Notes under the pieces: model-generated
The model's input: the letters and a program-made list of their open reading frames with translations, nothing else
Told to the model about the DNA's origin: nothing
The model's database searches: none
Source of the DNA: Tardiphaga sp.
GTDB taxonomy: Bacteria > Pseudomonadota > Alphaproteobacteria > Rhizobiales > Xanthobacteraceae
Assembly: GCF_025356345.1 (NCBI RefSeq)
Contig: NZ_JANXTC010000393.1
Coordinates: 2,631-66,630 of the forward strand
DNA length: 64,000 nt
Reading direction: 5' to 3'
Program-made: the position numbers and the translations under genes
Shown: in pieces, positions 10,639 through 23,537 of the stretch
Layout of the letters: each line of letters starts with the position of its first letter
Position numbering within the stretch: the first letter of the stretch is position 1

Positions 10639-10677
10639 CCATTCGACCTGTCAGGCGCTACAGCGCCGACACCCGGA

Positions 10678-11013
10678 TCAATACGGGCAGATCACCCGGC
10701 CCCATCGACGGCTGAAATAGCACCCCGGCGTCACGAAGCGCGGGCCGCCGTAGAAGCCATAGCCACGGCCACGGCCACGGCCCCAACCGCCACCGCCACG
10801 GAAACCGCCGCCACCGCGGAAACCGCCGCCGCGACCACCCCCGCGGCCGCCGCCGCCACGCCCGCCCCCACGGGCATCAGCCGACGTACTCGCCGTGGTC
10901 AGCAACACGGCCGAAGCGCCGATAATGCCGACGCAATACACAGAGATCAGCGCCATCGCCGCGAGGCAGCGGGTCACGAAATTATGGCGCCTGGTAGATG
11001 TGGTGTGAGCCAT
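10678..11013 (-). CDS. Small secreted Gly/Arg-rich (RGG) protein with C-terminal Cys pair
   Basis: Signal-like N-terminus ending TSADA, then RGGGRGGGGRGGGRGGGFRGGGGF..., then GCYFSRRWGRVICPY. ATG at 11013 (ORF track starts at 11034). Confidence 0.7.
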   Translation of the reverse strand: MAHTTSTRRHNFVTRCLAAMALISVYCVGIIGASAVLLTTASTSADARGGGRGGGGRGGGRGGGFRGGGGFRGGGGWGRGRGRGYGFYGGPRFVTPGCYFSRRWGRVICPY

Positions 11014-11372
11014 TCTCGGGTTCTCCCATTCCATCGAAGCAGCAAACGTAGAACGCTTCCGTCGTCGAATTGAACCGTGGCCAAACTCAATTCGCGCTTA
11101 GTCTGAAAACATATTAGTATTATGGCCATGGCAAGGCGTTAACTACCGATCGGACAAGAATGGGTTCAGGCGTTGGCGCCGGTGAGGTTGCAACCATTCC
11201 GCGCTTGCGAACAAACGCGCATTGCCCGATCGTTGATGTTGCCTTCGTGATCTCGCGCTCTATGTTCGCGGCTGTCTTCGCAGGTGCACCGTGCGCGCCC
11301 GATGCTGCCATGCCTCACGCCGACCACTTTGATCTCCGATATTTTGCGTTCCACAGTCGCAGAAAATGATCC

Positions 11373-13175
<1,803 letters not shown>

Positions 13176-13178
13176 CGA

Positions 13179-13219
13179 CGTCCCGGCTCAGCCTTCGCTT
13201 CGCTCACTTGGCCGGGACG
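13179..13219. repeat. Short palindromic REP-like element between convergent genes
   Basis: CGTCCCGGC (13179-13187) ... GCCGGGACG (13211-13219) around a CTTCGCTTCGCTCACTT core. Confidence 0.6.
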
Positions 13220-13241
13220 ACATGGTGTGATTTTCGAGCGA

Positions 13242-14996
13242 TTACGCCGCACGCACCGATTCCAGGAACTTGCTGACTTCGGCTTTGAGGTGATTGCTCT
13301 CGCCCGATAGCGATTGCGCCGCCGCCAGCACCTGCGCCGACGCCGAGCCGGTCTCGCTGGCGCCGCGCTGCACGTCGGTGATGTTCGACGATACCTGCAT
13401 GGTGCCCTGCGCGGCCAGCTGCACGTTGCGGGAGATTTCCTGCGTGGCGACGCCCTGCTCCTCCACCGCGGAGGCGATGGTCGAGGCAATCTCGGAGATC
13501 CTGGCGATGGTGTCGCCGATCTCCTTGATCGCCGTCACGGATTCCCCGGTGGCCGACTGGATGCCGTGGATCTGCGTGCTGATCTCGCCGGTCGCCTTGG
13601 CGGTCTGCTCGGCGAGCGCCTTTACTTCCGATGCGACCACCGCGAAACCACGGCCAGCTTCGCCGGCGCGGGCCGCCTCGATGGTGGCGTTGAGCGCCAG
13701 CAAATTGGTCTGGGCGGCGATGGTGTTGATCAGTTCGACGACATCGCCGATGCGGGCGGCGGCCTTGGCCAGTTCGCCGACACGGTCATTGGTTTTCTGC
13801 GCCTGCTGCACGGCCTCGCCTGCGATGCGCGCCGATTCCTGCACGTGGCGGCTGATTTGATGGACGGAGGACGTCATATGCTCCGAGGCGGACGCCACCG
13901 ACTGCACGTTGCTGGAAGCCGCCTGCGAAACTTCCGCCACCGTCGCCGTCAACTGCCGCGCGTGCGCCGCCGTCGCCGTCAACGTCCCGGCCGAAGCCTC
14001 CAGTTCGGTCGACGCCGACGACACCGTTTGTACGATCTGGCCCACCGCGCTTTCGAAATCATCGGCAAGTCGGCGCATCTCGCGCTTGCGCTGTTCGGAG
14101 GCTCGGCCGGCCTGCTCGGCCTGTCGGTTCGCCTCCTGCACCGCGCGCTCCTGTGCCTTGAGCTTGAATTTTTCCACGGCGCCAGCGACGTCGCCGATCT
14201 CATCGCCACGGCCGAGGCCGGGCAGCACCGTCTCGAACTTGCCCTCGGCGAGTTCCAGCATCGATGTGCTGAGCGACCGCATCGGCCGGGCGATGGTGAA
14301 GACGCAGAACAGGCAAGTCCCGATCAGCAGCAGGACGGTCGCACCGGCGAGAACCGCGGTGGACTGCTCCGACGCTACCGTCCGCGCCACCGCTTCGGCT
14401 TGTGTCGCCTGGCTACGCTGCTTGCTGAAGTCGATAATGTCGGTGGCGATGGCCTCGATCTCAGAACTGGTGGGAACCATCTGCTGCGCGCGGATCGTTT
14501 CAATCCCCTCGTTAAGTTTGACAATGCGGGCAGCCTTGTCAGCATCCACGATCGCCTGCCCGGCGGTCAGCCCGATCGTCTCGGCCCGCAGCGCCACGAT
14601 CTGCTGGCGTCCCTTGGCGAGATCGGCGATCAAGCCGGTCAATTTTGAAATTCGCGCCTGGTTTTCCTGCGTTTTTGAGATCTCCGACATCTGGGCCAGG
14701 AATTCGACGGCGGTTTTTTGCCGGGCGGCGAAGTACTCATCCGCCTTGGGAAGGTCCGCGGCGACCTTCGCGCCCAGCACATCCCGAACCGCGGTCTGCA
14801 TACCGCGCGCCGAAGCTTTGATCTCCGCGGCGATCTGCGCCACGGTCATCTGCCGCAAGCCGACCTCGTAAGTGCCGCGAACCGCGGCGGCGCCGATCAT
14901 CTGGCTGTAGAGCATGAAGCCAGTCAGAGCGATACCAAGTACCGATGAAATTGCAAGCTTGGTTCCGATACGCAGGTTCAGGATGAAGCGAGTCAT
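13242..14996 (-). CDS. Methyl-accepting chemotaxis protein (array MCP1), helical periplasmic sensor
   Basis: TM-sensor-TM-HAMP (IARPM...[10 protein letters not shown]) and signalling tip [34 protein letters not shown]. Confidence 0.95.
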   Translation of the reverse strand: MTRFILNLRIGTKLAISSVLGIALTGFMLYSQMIGAAAVRGTYEVGLRQMTVAQIAAEIKASARGMQTAVRDVLGAKVAADLPKADEYFAARQKTAVEFLAQMSEISKTQENQARISKLTGLIADLAKGRQQIVALRAETIGLTAGQAIVDADKAARIVKLNEGIETIRAQQMVPTSSEIEAIATDIIDFSKQRSQATQAEAVARTVASEQSTAVLAGATVLLLIGTCLFCVFTIARPMRSLSTSMLELAEGKFETVLPGLGRGDEIGDVAGAVEKFKLKAQERAVQEANRQAEQAGRASEQRKREMRRLADDFESAVGQIVQTVSSASTELEASAGTLTATAAHARQLTATVAEVSQAASSNVQSVASASEHMTSSVHQISRHVQESARIAGEAVQQAQKTNDRVGELAKAAARIGDVVELINTIAAQTNLLALNATIEAARAGEAGRGFAVVASEVKALAEQTAKATGEISTQIHGIQSATGESVTAIKEIGDTIARISEIASTIASAVEEQGVATQEISRNVQLAAQGTMQVSSNITDVQRGASETGSASAQVLAAAQSLSGESNHLKAEVSKFLESVRAA

Positions 14997-15049
14997 ATTT
15001 CCTCAAATGTATGATCAATGGTTCAGAGCGCAGCAGGCTGAATGACGCT

Positions 15050-17080
15050 TCAGGCCGCGCGTACCGAATCCAGAAAGCGGCCCACCTCGGCCTTGAGGCG
15101 CTGGCTGTCCAACGACAGCGATTGCGCCGCTGACAGCACTTGCGTCGAGGCCGAGCCGGTCTCGGAGGCGCCGCGCTGCACCTCACCGATATTCGAACTC
15201 ACCTGGGTGGTGCCGCGCGCGGCTTGCTGGACGTTGCGGGAGATTTCCTGGGTCGCCGCGCCCTGTTCTTCCACCGCCGAGGCGATGGTCGAGGCAATCT
15301 CCGACATCCGACCGATGGTGTCGCCGATCTCGCGAATGGCGCCGACGGACTCATGGGTCGCCGCCTGGATGCCGGAAATCTGCGCCGAAATTTCGCCGGT
15401 CGCCTTGGCGGTCTGCTCGGCCAGCGCCTTCACTTCGGAGGCGACGACCGCGAAGCCGCGACCTGCCTCCCCGGCTCGCGCCGCTTCGATCGTCGCATTC
15501 AACGCCAGCAGATTGGTCTGCCCGGCGATGGTGTTGATCAGTTCGACCACATCCCCGATCCGCGACGCCGCCTTGGCCAATTCGCCGACGCGGTCGTTGG
15601 TCTTGCGCGCCTGGTCCACCGCCTCGTTGGCCATGCGCGACGATTCCTGAACCTGACGGCTGATCTCATTGACCGAGGACGCCATTTCCTCGGTGGCCGA
15701 TGCCACGGATTGTACGTTGGTGGAGGCTTGTTCCGAGGCGGCGGCGACCGCGAGGGTCTGTTGCTGCGCGCGCGCGGCGGTCGCCGAAAGGGTGTTGGCG
15801 GAAGTCTCCAGTTCGGTCGAGGCCAAGGAAACGGTCTCGATGATGTCCCCGATCGCGCCCTCGAAATCGCCGGCAAGCTTGTGCATTTCCGCCTTGCGTT
15901 GCCCGGCCGCGCGCTGCTCGCTGAGCACGATCGCATCGGCTTCGGCGTGCGCCTTGCGCTCGGCATTTTCCTGAATCACGGTGATGGTCTTGGCCATGTC
16001 GCCAACCTCGTCGCCACGATCCGCGCCGGAAACGACGACCTCGATTTCTCCGGCCGCAATACGCCCCATCGCCGCGTTCAGACGCGTCATCGGCCGCGCC
16101 ACGCCCAGAAACGCAAACACCACGGAACCGACGATCGACAGCACCACCACCGCCGACAGCGCCAGGCTGATCTGGCTGGCCCGCAGCGACTCATTTGCGG
16201 CCAATTCCCGGGCCTCGGCCGCGGACTTTCGTGCCGTGACCAGCGACGCGCTAATCTGCTCGGACCCTTGATTTGCGGCCGGCAAGGCACGGGTTTGAAG
16301 CAAGGTGGCGGTGTTCTCCTCGATCTTGATCAGTTCCACCGTCGTCGCGATGAACGCCTTGGCGATCGGCGCGAGTGCCTCGATGGCGCCTCGCACCGCG
16401 GGATCTTCGGCAAGCGAACCGCCACGTGCGAGAATGTCGCGGACCCGAACTTCGCCGCCCGCGATCTTGCTCTTCAACTCCGGCTCGCCCGTGGTTGCAA
16501 AGCGCCAACTGGCGGCGGAAATCGCATTGAAGATGGCCGTTGCCTCATACACTTCACGCTCGATAGCAGCGCGGCCCGGGTCTTGCGTTATGCCTGGCAG
16601 GGCAAGCAGCGCTTCTTGTCCTGCGCTCCAACTGGCGGCCTGCGCATTGCTCACACCAAGCAGTTCGAACTTCCTGCGCCCCAGCCTTGCCAGTTCGTCA
16701 ACCGCGACGCTGTAATCGGCGACCAGCGATTTGATCTTTTCGAACCGCGCCTTGTTCTCGGCTTCCGGAGCCGCCGCGATCGCGGTATCCAGCGGCTTTT
16801 CATATAATGATTTGGCCACCGGAAGCTCGCCGACGCCCTTGTCGATATCGACCTGATTTTTGGCGTAACGAATATCCTTGCTCGCAAGCTGGACCCTGCG
16901 AAAGCCGATCGCGGCGGTGAGCGCCTGTTCGGAAACGGTCTGCTGCGCGTCCCGCCGGGCATTGAGGTCAGCCAGCGAGGCTTGGGTCATGCTCTGATTG
17001 GCAATCCCGCCAATCGACACGATAACGCCAACAAGTCCAGCCAAGCCAAGCTTGTATCCGATACGATTGATCTTGCTCAT
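15050..17080 (-). CDS. Methyl-accepting chemotaxis protein (array MCP2), large helical sensor
   Basis: 676 aa; two TM segments, HAMP (VARPMTRL...RGDEVGDM), conserved signalling tip. Confidence 0.95.
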   Translation of the reverse strand: MSKINRIGYKLGLAGLVGVIVSIGGIANQSMTQASLADLNARRDAQQTVSEQALTAAIGFRRVQLASKDIRYAKNQVDIDKGVGELPVAKSLYEKPLDTAIAAAPEAENKARFEKIKSLVADYSVAVDELARLGRRKFELLGVSNAQAASWSAGQEALLALPGITQDPGRAAIEREVYEATAIFNAISAASWRFATTGEPELKSKIAGGEVRVRDILARGGSLAEDPAVRGAIEALAPIAKAFIATTVELIKIEENTATLLQTRALPAANQGSEQISASLVTARKSAAEARELAANESLRASQISLALSAVVVLSIVGSVVFAFLGVARPMTRLNAAMGRIAAGEIEVVVSGADRGDEVGDMAKTITVIQENAERKAHAEADAIVLSEQRAAGQRKAEMHKLAGDFEGAIGDIIETVSLASTELETSANTLSATAARAQQQTLAVAAASEQASTNVQSVASATEEMASSVNEISRQVQESSRMANEAVDQARKTNDRVGELAKAASRIGDVVELINTIAGQTNLLALNATIEAARAGEAGRGFAVVASEVKALAEQTAKATGEISAQISGIQAATHESVGAIREIGDTIGRMSEIASTIASAVEEQGAATQEISRNVQQAARGTTQVSSNIGEVQRGASETGSASTQVLSAAQSLSLDSQRLKAEVGRFLDSVRAA

Positions 17081-17180
17081 GTTACCGCCTGTTGATGAAT
17101 GGTCAAACCGGACTTCTTGTTTGAACGACAGGGCTCCGGTGCCCCCGTCGTCTTTCGATCGGCACCGCGCCAGATATTGG

Positions 17181-18872
17181 CTACGCCGACCTTACCGAGT
17201 TGAGGAATTTGCCGACCTCCACCTTCAGCCGGTTACTGTCCGACGAAAGCGATCGCGCGGCGGAAAACACCTGCGACGACGCCGAGCCAGTGGCGCTGGC
17301 GCCGCGCTGCACGTCGGTGATGTTCGACGAAACCTGCATGGTGCCCTGCGCGGCCAGCTGCACGTTGCGGGAGATTTCCTGCGTGGCGGCGCCCTGCTCC
17401 TCCACCGCCGAGGCGATGGTCGAGGCGATCTCCGACATCCGGCCGATGGTGTCGCTGATCTCGCGGATCGCGCCGACAGAATCCTGCGTCGCCGCCTGGA
17501 TGCCGGAAATCTGCGCCGAAATTTCGCCGGTCGCCTTGGCGGTCTGCTCGGCCAGCGCCTTCACTTCGGAGGCGACCACCGCGAAACCGCGACCGGCCTC
17601 GCCGGCCCGCGCCGCCTCGATCGTGGCGTTCAGCGCCAGCAGATTGGTCTGCCCGGCGATGGTATTGATCAGTTCGACGACATCGCCGATCCGCGACGCC
17701 GCCTGGGCTAGTTCGCCAACACGGTCGTTGGTTTTGCGCGCCTGATCGACGGCCTGGTTGGCGATCGTGGAAGATTCCTGCACCTGGCGGCTGATCTCGT
17801 TCACCGAGGAGGCCATTTCCTCGGTAGCCGAAGCGACCGATTGTACGTTGGTCGAGGCGGCCTCGGAAGCCGTGGCGACCAGCGTGGCCAGCTGCTGCGC
17901 ACGTTCCGCCGTGGCCGTGAGCGTCCCCGCGGATGCCTCGAGTTCAATGGAAGAGGAGGACACGGTGTCGACGATCTCGCCGATCTTCGCCTCGAAATCC
18001 CGGGTGATGCCATCGACGCGACGGCCGCGTTCAATCTTGCTGTCGGCCTCGGCCATCGCGGCTTCATCCGCCACCTTCTTGTCGATCAGCGCCTGCTTGA
18101 AAATCTGCAGCGCATCGCCCATCGAACCGATCTCGGTCTTCATGCCCTGATGCGGCACCATCGCGGTCAGATCGCCGGCGCCCAGCGCCTGCATCGGCGT
18201 GACGATCGAGGCGATGCCGCGCGAGACGTCGCGGACCAGGTAAATGCCGATGCCGATGCCAAGCACCGCTGCGACTCCGAGCAGGCCGGTCAGCATGACA
18301 AATGCCGTGCGGTAATTTTCGGAAGCGATGCGTCCGGCGGCGTCAGCCGCCTTGTTGATGAGTGCGATGTCCATTTCGAGGATTGCATCGGCCGCCTTGC
18401 CGATATCATTGACGGTCGTCTGGTTCAGCACCTGGGCATCACGGATGCTTTTATCAATGCTGTTGCGGGACATGACCAGCACCTGCTCCGCGCTCTTCAT
18501 GTACTCGGCCCACTTGTCGCGCCAGCCATTGTAGATCCCGCGTTCCTCGGCCGAATTGATCAGGCTCTCATACGTTGCGCGCAGGGTCGCCTCCTCGTTG
18601 ATGGTGGCGATCAACCTCTTTTCCATCGCCTCCTTCTCGGCGGCGGTATCGCCCAGCATGTGGGCCCGTACCGTGGTCCGGTAGGTGATGGTGTTGGCCT
18701 TCAGCGCTCCCAGGACCCGGACGCTCGGCAACCAGCGGCTGCTCAGTTCGGTGGCGCTGGCATCGATCATCTGCATTCTGCCGACGGCCAACAGAACCAT
18801 CCCGGTCATGGCCAGCAATAGAACAGCGATGACGCTCGAGATCTTGGCGCGAATGGAAAGGCTGGCGAACAT
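17181..18872 (-). CDS. Methyl-accepting chemotaxis protein (array MCP3), four-helix-bundle sensor
   Basis: LSIRAKI...[11 protein letters not shown] pattern typical of 4HB MCP sensors, HAMP, conserved tip. Confidence 0.95.
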   Translation of the reverse strand: MFASLSIRAKISSVIAVLLLAMTGMVLLAVGRMQMIDASATELSSRWLPSVRVLGALKANTITYRTTVRAHMLGDTAAEKEAMEKRLIATINEEATLRATYESLINSAEERGIYNGWRDKWAEYMKSAEQVLVMSRNSIDKSIRDAQVLNQTTVNDIGKAADAILEMDIALINKAADAAGRIASENYRTAFVMLTGLLGVAAVLGIGIGIYLVRDVSRGIASIVTPMQALGAGDLTAMVPHQGMKTEIGSMGDALQIFKQALIDKKVADEAAMAEADSKIERGRRVDGITRDFEAKIGEIVDTVSSSSIELEASAGTLTATAERAQQLATLVATASEAASTNVQSVASATEEMASSVNEISRQVQESSTIANQAVDQARKTNDRVGELAQAASRIGDVVELINTIAGQTNLLALNATIEAARAGEAGRGFAVVASEVKALAEQTAKATGEISAQISGIQAATQDSVGAIREISDTIGRMSEIASTIASAVEEQGAATQEISRNVQLAAQGTMQVSSNITDVQRGASATGSASSQVFSAARSLSSDSNRLKVEVGKFLNSVRSA

Positions 18873-19131
18873 ATCAATCCCTCAATCGGGGTGTCGGGCA
18901 CGTGGCACGACGAAAATCGGTGTTTGACGGCTAAATCGCCGTGGCGTCATACAGAAATCAACAGTCGAAAACGGATCTCGACATCAACGTCGCGTCCACA
19001 GCATGGTGGTATTTGGTTAAGAAGCAGTTCCGCATGTTTAGAGCATCGGCCTTTGCTTGCTCGATGCCCCTTTCTTCCACCATTCGAGGGCGCGCGGCCG
19101 GCAAGGCCGACCCGACGCCGGCCACGGAAGC

Positions 19132-19556
19132 TAGAGCGGGATGGCTTTATAATAATTCGTATCACTGGCCCCGTCATTGCGAGTTCGGTACCGGCCTTTG
19201 GCCGATCCTGAGATATGAAAGATAGGGTTCGTGTCCCGGACGCGGTGCGGCATTCTCAGGCGATGCCCTTGCATCGCCGCCATGCCGCTCCGCAGAGCCG
19301 GGACCTTATCAGGCAACGACGTTTTTGGCGGTCCCGGCTCTGCGGCGCATGACGCCTCCTGCGGAGGCGCATTGCGCCGCGTCCGGGACAAGTGCCCTTT
19401 CTTCCGAGGAGCGCTTGCGACGAAGCAATCCAGTCTTCTTGCTTGTGGCATGCTGGATTGCCGCGTCGCTTCGCCAAGGGGAAAGCCAATGAGCTTTCCC
19501 TGACCTCGCAATCACGGGGCAGAAGTTGCGAACCAGATTAAACGCTTCCGGCTCTA
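19132..19556. mobile_element. Composite nested palindromic MITE/REP-like element
   Basis: TA-bounded. Left end TAGAGCGGGATG-N25-CCCCGTCATTGCGAG (19132-19183); right end CTCGCAATCACGGGG-N25-CTTCCGGCTCTA (19505-19556). Several internal hairpins. No transposase ORF. Confidence 0.65.
19231..19390. repeat. Inner inverted-repeat element nested in the composite element
   Basis: Termini TGTCCCGGACGCGG (19232-19245) / CCGCGTCCGGGACA (19377-19390); inner arms CCGCAGAGCCGGGACC / GGTCCCGGCTCTGCGG; small hairpin GCGCATGACGCCTCC-TGC-GGAGGCGCATTGCGC. Confidence 0.75.
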
Positions 19557-21247
19557 AGCCGCCCGTACCGACCGCAGAAATTTTCCGACTTCGGCCTTCA
19601 GGCGGCCGCTGTCGGATGACAGCGACTGCGCGGCGGAGAACACCTGCGACGACGCCGAGCCGGTCTCGCTGGCGCCGCGCTGCACGTCGGTGATGTTCGA
19701 CGAAACCTGCATGGTGCCCTGCGCGGCGAGCTGCACGTTGCGGGAGATTTCCTGCGTGGCGGCGCCCTGCTCCTGCACCGCCGAGGCGATGGTCGAGGCG
19801 ATCTCCGACATCCGGCCGATCGTGTCGCCGATCTCCCGGATCGCGCCGACAGAATCCTGCGTCGCCGCCTGGATGCCCGAGATTTGCGTCGAGATTTCAC
19901 CGGTCGCCTTGGCCGTCTGCTCGGCCAGCGCCTTTACTTCCGACGCCACGACCGCGAAGCCTCGGCCGGCCTCGCCGGCGCGGGCCGCCTCGATCGTGGC
20001 GTTCAGCGCCAGCAGATTGGTATGCCGGCGATGGTGTTGATCAATTCGACCACGTCGCCGATCCGCGCCGCGGCTTTCGCCAATTCAGCCACACGATCAT
20101 TGGTCTTGCGCGCCTGATCAACCGCCTGACCAGCGATAATCGAGGATTCCCGCACCTGACGGCTGATCTCGTTCACCGAAGAGGCCATTTCCTCGGTGGC
20201 CGAGGCGACCGACTGAACATTGGTCGAGGCGGCCTCGGAAGCCGCGGCGACCATCGTTGTGAGTTGCTGCGCGCGCTCGGCTGTCGCCGTCAGCGTGCCG
20301 GCCGATGCCTCCAGCTCGGTCGAGGCGGACGACACGGTATTGACGATATCGCCAATCGTCGCCTCGAAATCACGGGTGATGCCATCGACGCGGCGGCCAC
20401 GCTCGATCTTGGCACTGGCATCGACCATGGCGGTTTCATCCGCCGCCTTCTTGTCGATCAGCGCCTGCTTGAAGATTTGCAGCGCGTCGCCCATCGCGCC
20501 GATTTCGGTCTTGACGCCCTGGTGCGGCACCACCGCGGTGAGATCGCCGGCGCCCAGCGCCTGCATCGGCCGGATGATGGAATTGATCCCGCTCGACACG
20601 TCGCGCACAAGATAGACGGCAAGGCCGATGCCCAGCACGGCCGAAAGGCCCAGCAGCGTCGTCAGCATCATCAACGCCGACTCATACTCCGCCGCGGCCG
20701 CCGCGCCGGCGGTGTCGGCGCCCTTGTTGTTGAGGTCGATATCCTTGTCGAGCAGACGGTCCGACAACTGACCCATCGGAATAACCTTGGTCTCGTTCAG
20801 ATCCTGGGCGTCCTGCGGAAACCGGCCGACGCTCTGGTTGGACAATGCCAGAATTTCCAGTGACGCTATCTTGTAGACGTCCCATCGCCGCGCCCATTCG
20901 TCGTAAATCGACCGTTCCTCCGGCGACGAAATCAGTTTTTCATAGCGCGTGCGAAAGTTCGTCAAATTGGCGACGAAGGTCGCCAGCCGTCGTTCCGCGT
21001 CCGCCTTGGCCTCGGCCTTGGGCGACAACAGGTGACCGCGAATGACGTTGCGGTAGGAAGCAACGCTGCCACGCATCTCCCCCAATATGCGGACGCTCGG
21101 TAACCAGCTGGCCTGGATTTCAGCCGCATGCGCATTGATCGCATGCAGGTTGCGAATGGCCAGAAAACCCATGACCGACATCGCGAGCAGCAGGAAAGAA
21201 ACGACACTGATAATCTTGGTTCGGATCGAAAGGCTGGCAAGCATCAT
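19554..21247 (-). pseudogene. Frameshifted chemoreceptor (array MCP4), 4HB sensor; pseudogene or assembly error
   Basis: ORF 20003..21247 derails after INTIAG and ORF 19554..19949 carries the rest. At 20021-20027 the gene reads GCC GGC ATA CC AAT where paralogs read GCC GGG/GGC CAG ACC AAT, i.e. one base is missing. Confidence 0.8.
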
Positions 21248-21385
21248 TCAAAAATCCCCCGGTCATGACCGTCGGCGAGTAGCTCAGCTAATTGACTTCT
21301 TGATTGTCAGCCCGGGCATCGACACGACCAACCGGCAGAGGGAAGGAGCCGGTACGATGCACCCGCTCCTGTACTAGCCGCCATC

Positions 21386-23143
21386 TTACGCCGCGCGCAC
21401 CTGACCAAGGAACCGCCCGAGTTCCACCTTCAGCCGGTTGCTGTCCGACGACAGCGACTGCGCCGCCGACAGCACCTGCGACGAGGCCGAGCCGGTCTCG
21501 GAAGCCCCGCGTTGCACGTCGGTGATGTTCGACGACACCTGCAGCGTGCCCTGCGCGGCCTGCTGCACATTGCGGGAAATCTCCTGCGTGGCGGCGCCCT
21601 GCTCCTCCACCGCCGAGGCGATGGTCGAGGCGATCTCCGACATCCGCCCGATAGTGTCGCGAATTTCCTTGATGGCGCCGACCGATTCCTGCGTCGCCGT
21701 CTGGATGCCGGAAATCTGCGCGCTGATTTCGCCGGTCGCCTTGGCGGTCTGCTCGGCCAGGGCTTTCACTTCCGATGCCACCACCGCGAAGCCGCGGCCG
21801 GCCTCGCCGGCGCGCGCCGCCTCGATCGTCGCGTTCAGCGCCAGCAGATTGGTCTGCCCGGCGATGGTGTTGATCAGTTCGACGACGTCGCCGATCCGCG
21901 ACGCCGCCTTGGCCAGTTCGGCCACGCGATCATTGGTCTTGCGCGCCTGCAACACGGCGTGGTTGGCGATGGTCGAGGATTCCTGCACCTGGCGGCTGAT
22001 CTCGTTGACCGATGAAGCCATTTCCTCGGTCGCGGACGCCACCGACTGCACATTGGTCGAGGCGGTCTCGGAGGCCGCGGCCACCATGGTCGTCAGTTCC
22101 TCCGCGCGCGCGGCGGTGGCGGTCAGCGTGCTGGCGGAAGCTTCGAGCTCGGTGGAGGCCGACGACACCGTATCGACGATTTCGCCCACCGCGTTCTCGA
22201 AATCATCGGCCATCTTGACCATCTCGCGCTTGCGCTGTTCAGCGGCGTCGCGCTCCTGGTTCTGCTGGGCCACGGCCTCGGCATGGGCGCGCTCCCGCGC
22301 CTTGACCTTGAACTTCTCCACGGCGCCGGCGACGTCGCCGATCTCGTCGCCGCGGCCGAGCCCCGGCAGCACCACGGCGAAATTGCCCTCGGCGAGGTCG
22401 TTCATCGCGACACTCAGCTCGCGCATCGGCCGGGCGATGGCGAAGACGGAAAACAGCCAGGTACCGACCAGCATCAGCGCGGTCACGATGGACAGGATCA
22501 GCGAGATCTGGTCGACCGATGCGATTTTCGCATCGGCCGCGGCCTTCGCCGCTTCGCCCCTCGTCTTCGCAGTTTCGGTAATCTGATCGGACAGCGTATC
22601 GATCTCGGCGCTGACAGGAAGCGTCACTTCGCGGCGAATCCGCGGAATTTCGTCAGCTAGCTGGGTGATCCGGGTCGCGCCCTCGGTGGTCAGTTCGCCG
22701 GCATTCCGCTTAGCGATCAGTGAGACGGCTTCCTTGCGCACCGCTTCGATCCGCTCTTTGCCCCGTGTGAATCGGGTAATCGCTGCTTCAAGTTGAGCAG
22801 CGCGGTCGCGATTCTCATTAGACTGCGTTCGGCTTGCAACATCAGCGATGAACCGGCGGGCGGATTTTTCATTTTCCGCGTAAGTATCCGAGGCCTTCTG
22901 GATGTCAGCGGGGCTCTGCGAAAGAATCATTTCCCGGAGACCAAGTTGCATGCCGCGCGTGAAGGCCTTGGCTTCGGCGCCATCCAAGGCCACGGCCACG
23001 CTGCGCGCGGCATTGGCATTGGTCAGGGCCACCTCCGCGCTGCCGTTGATCTGCAAATAGATCATCAGGCCGAGCAACAGGATGCCGATGGCGGATGCGA
23101 ATCCGAGTTTGGTGCCAATGCGCAGGTTCTGAATCATGGTCAT
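21386..23143 (-). CDS. Methyl-accepting chemotaxis protein (array MCP5), sensor paralogous to MCP1
   Basis: NLRIGTKL start, KAFTRGMQ, IARPM HAMP, conserved tip. Confidence 0.95.
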   Translation of the reverse strand: MTMIQNLRIGTKLGFASAIGILLLGLMIYLQINGSAEVALTNANAARSVAVALDGAEAKAFTRGMQLGLREMILSQSPADIQKASDTYAENEKSARRFIADVASRTQSNENRDRAAQLEAAITRFTRGKERIEAVRKEAVSLIAKRNAGELTTEGATRITQLADEIPRIRREVTLPVSAEIDTLSDQITETAKTRGEAAKAAADAKIASVDQISLILSIVTALMLVGTWLFSVFAIARPMRELSVAMNDLAEGNFAVVLPGLGRGDEIGDVAGAVEKFKVKARERAHAEAVAQQNQERDAAEQRKREMVKMADDFENAVGEIVDTVSSASTELEASASTLTATAARAEELTTMVAAASETASTNVQSVASATEEMASSVNEISRQVQESSTIANHAVLQARKTNDRVAELAKAASRIGDVVELINTIAGQTNLLALNATIEAARAGEAGRGFAVVASEVKALAEQTAKATGEISAQISGIQTATQESVGAIKEIRDTIGRMSEIASTIASAVEEQGAATQEISRNVQQAAQGTLQVSSNITDVQRGASETGSASSQVLSAAQSLSSDSNRLKVELGRFLGQVRAA

Positions 23144-23537
23144 GACGTTCCTCGGAATGGAATTGTCGAAATTCGGGACAGCCGCGATCGCAAGCAGGAG
23201 CGGCGGCGCGGCCGGCGCTTGGCGATTGGCGGGTCGTGATGATCGGCGGAGCGTTGTTGTGTCGGCGCTGCCTGCGCCGCATGGTCAATGAATTGAAGAA
23301 AACATTATAAAATAGGGCGGTGTGGGGCCGCGAATATCGGAACCGATGCCGGTTTCCTCATTCGACGGCTTAAATCGTTATGAAGAACATAACACCACAG
23401 ATCTAAAACGGTGGTTAACGGCGGCGTTCCATCATCGCTAAAAAGCAGCCCGGGCGACTGCGATCTACCGAAGTCACTCTGCAGGCACCGGCCGCCATCG
23501 CCGCCTCGACAGCCCGATGAGGCGGCACCGCGCCGGA

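Noticed and set aside
18941-19515. Short ORFs in the MCP3-MCP4 spacer as a transposase remnant
   Set aside because: They are translations of palindromic repeats, with no DDE or HUH motif.
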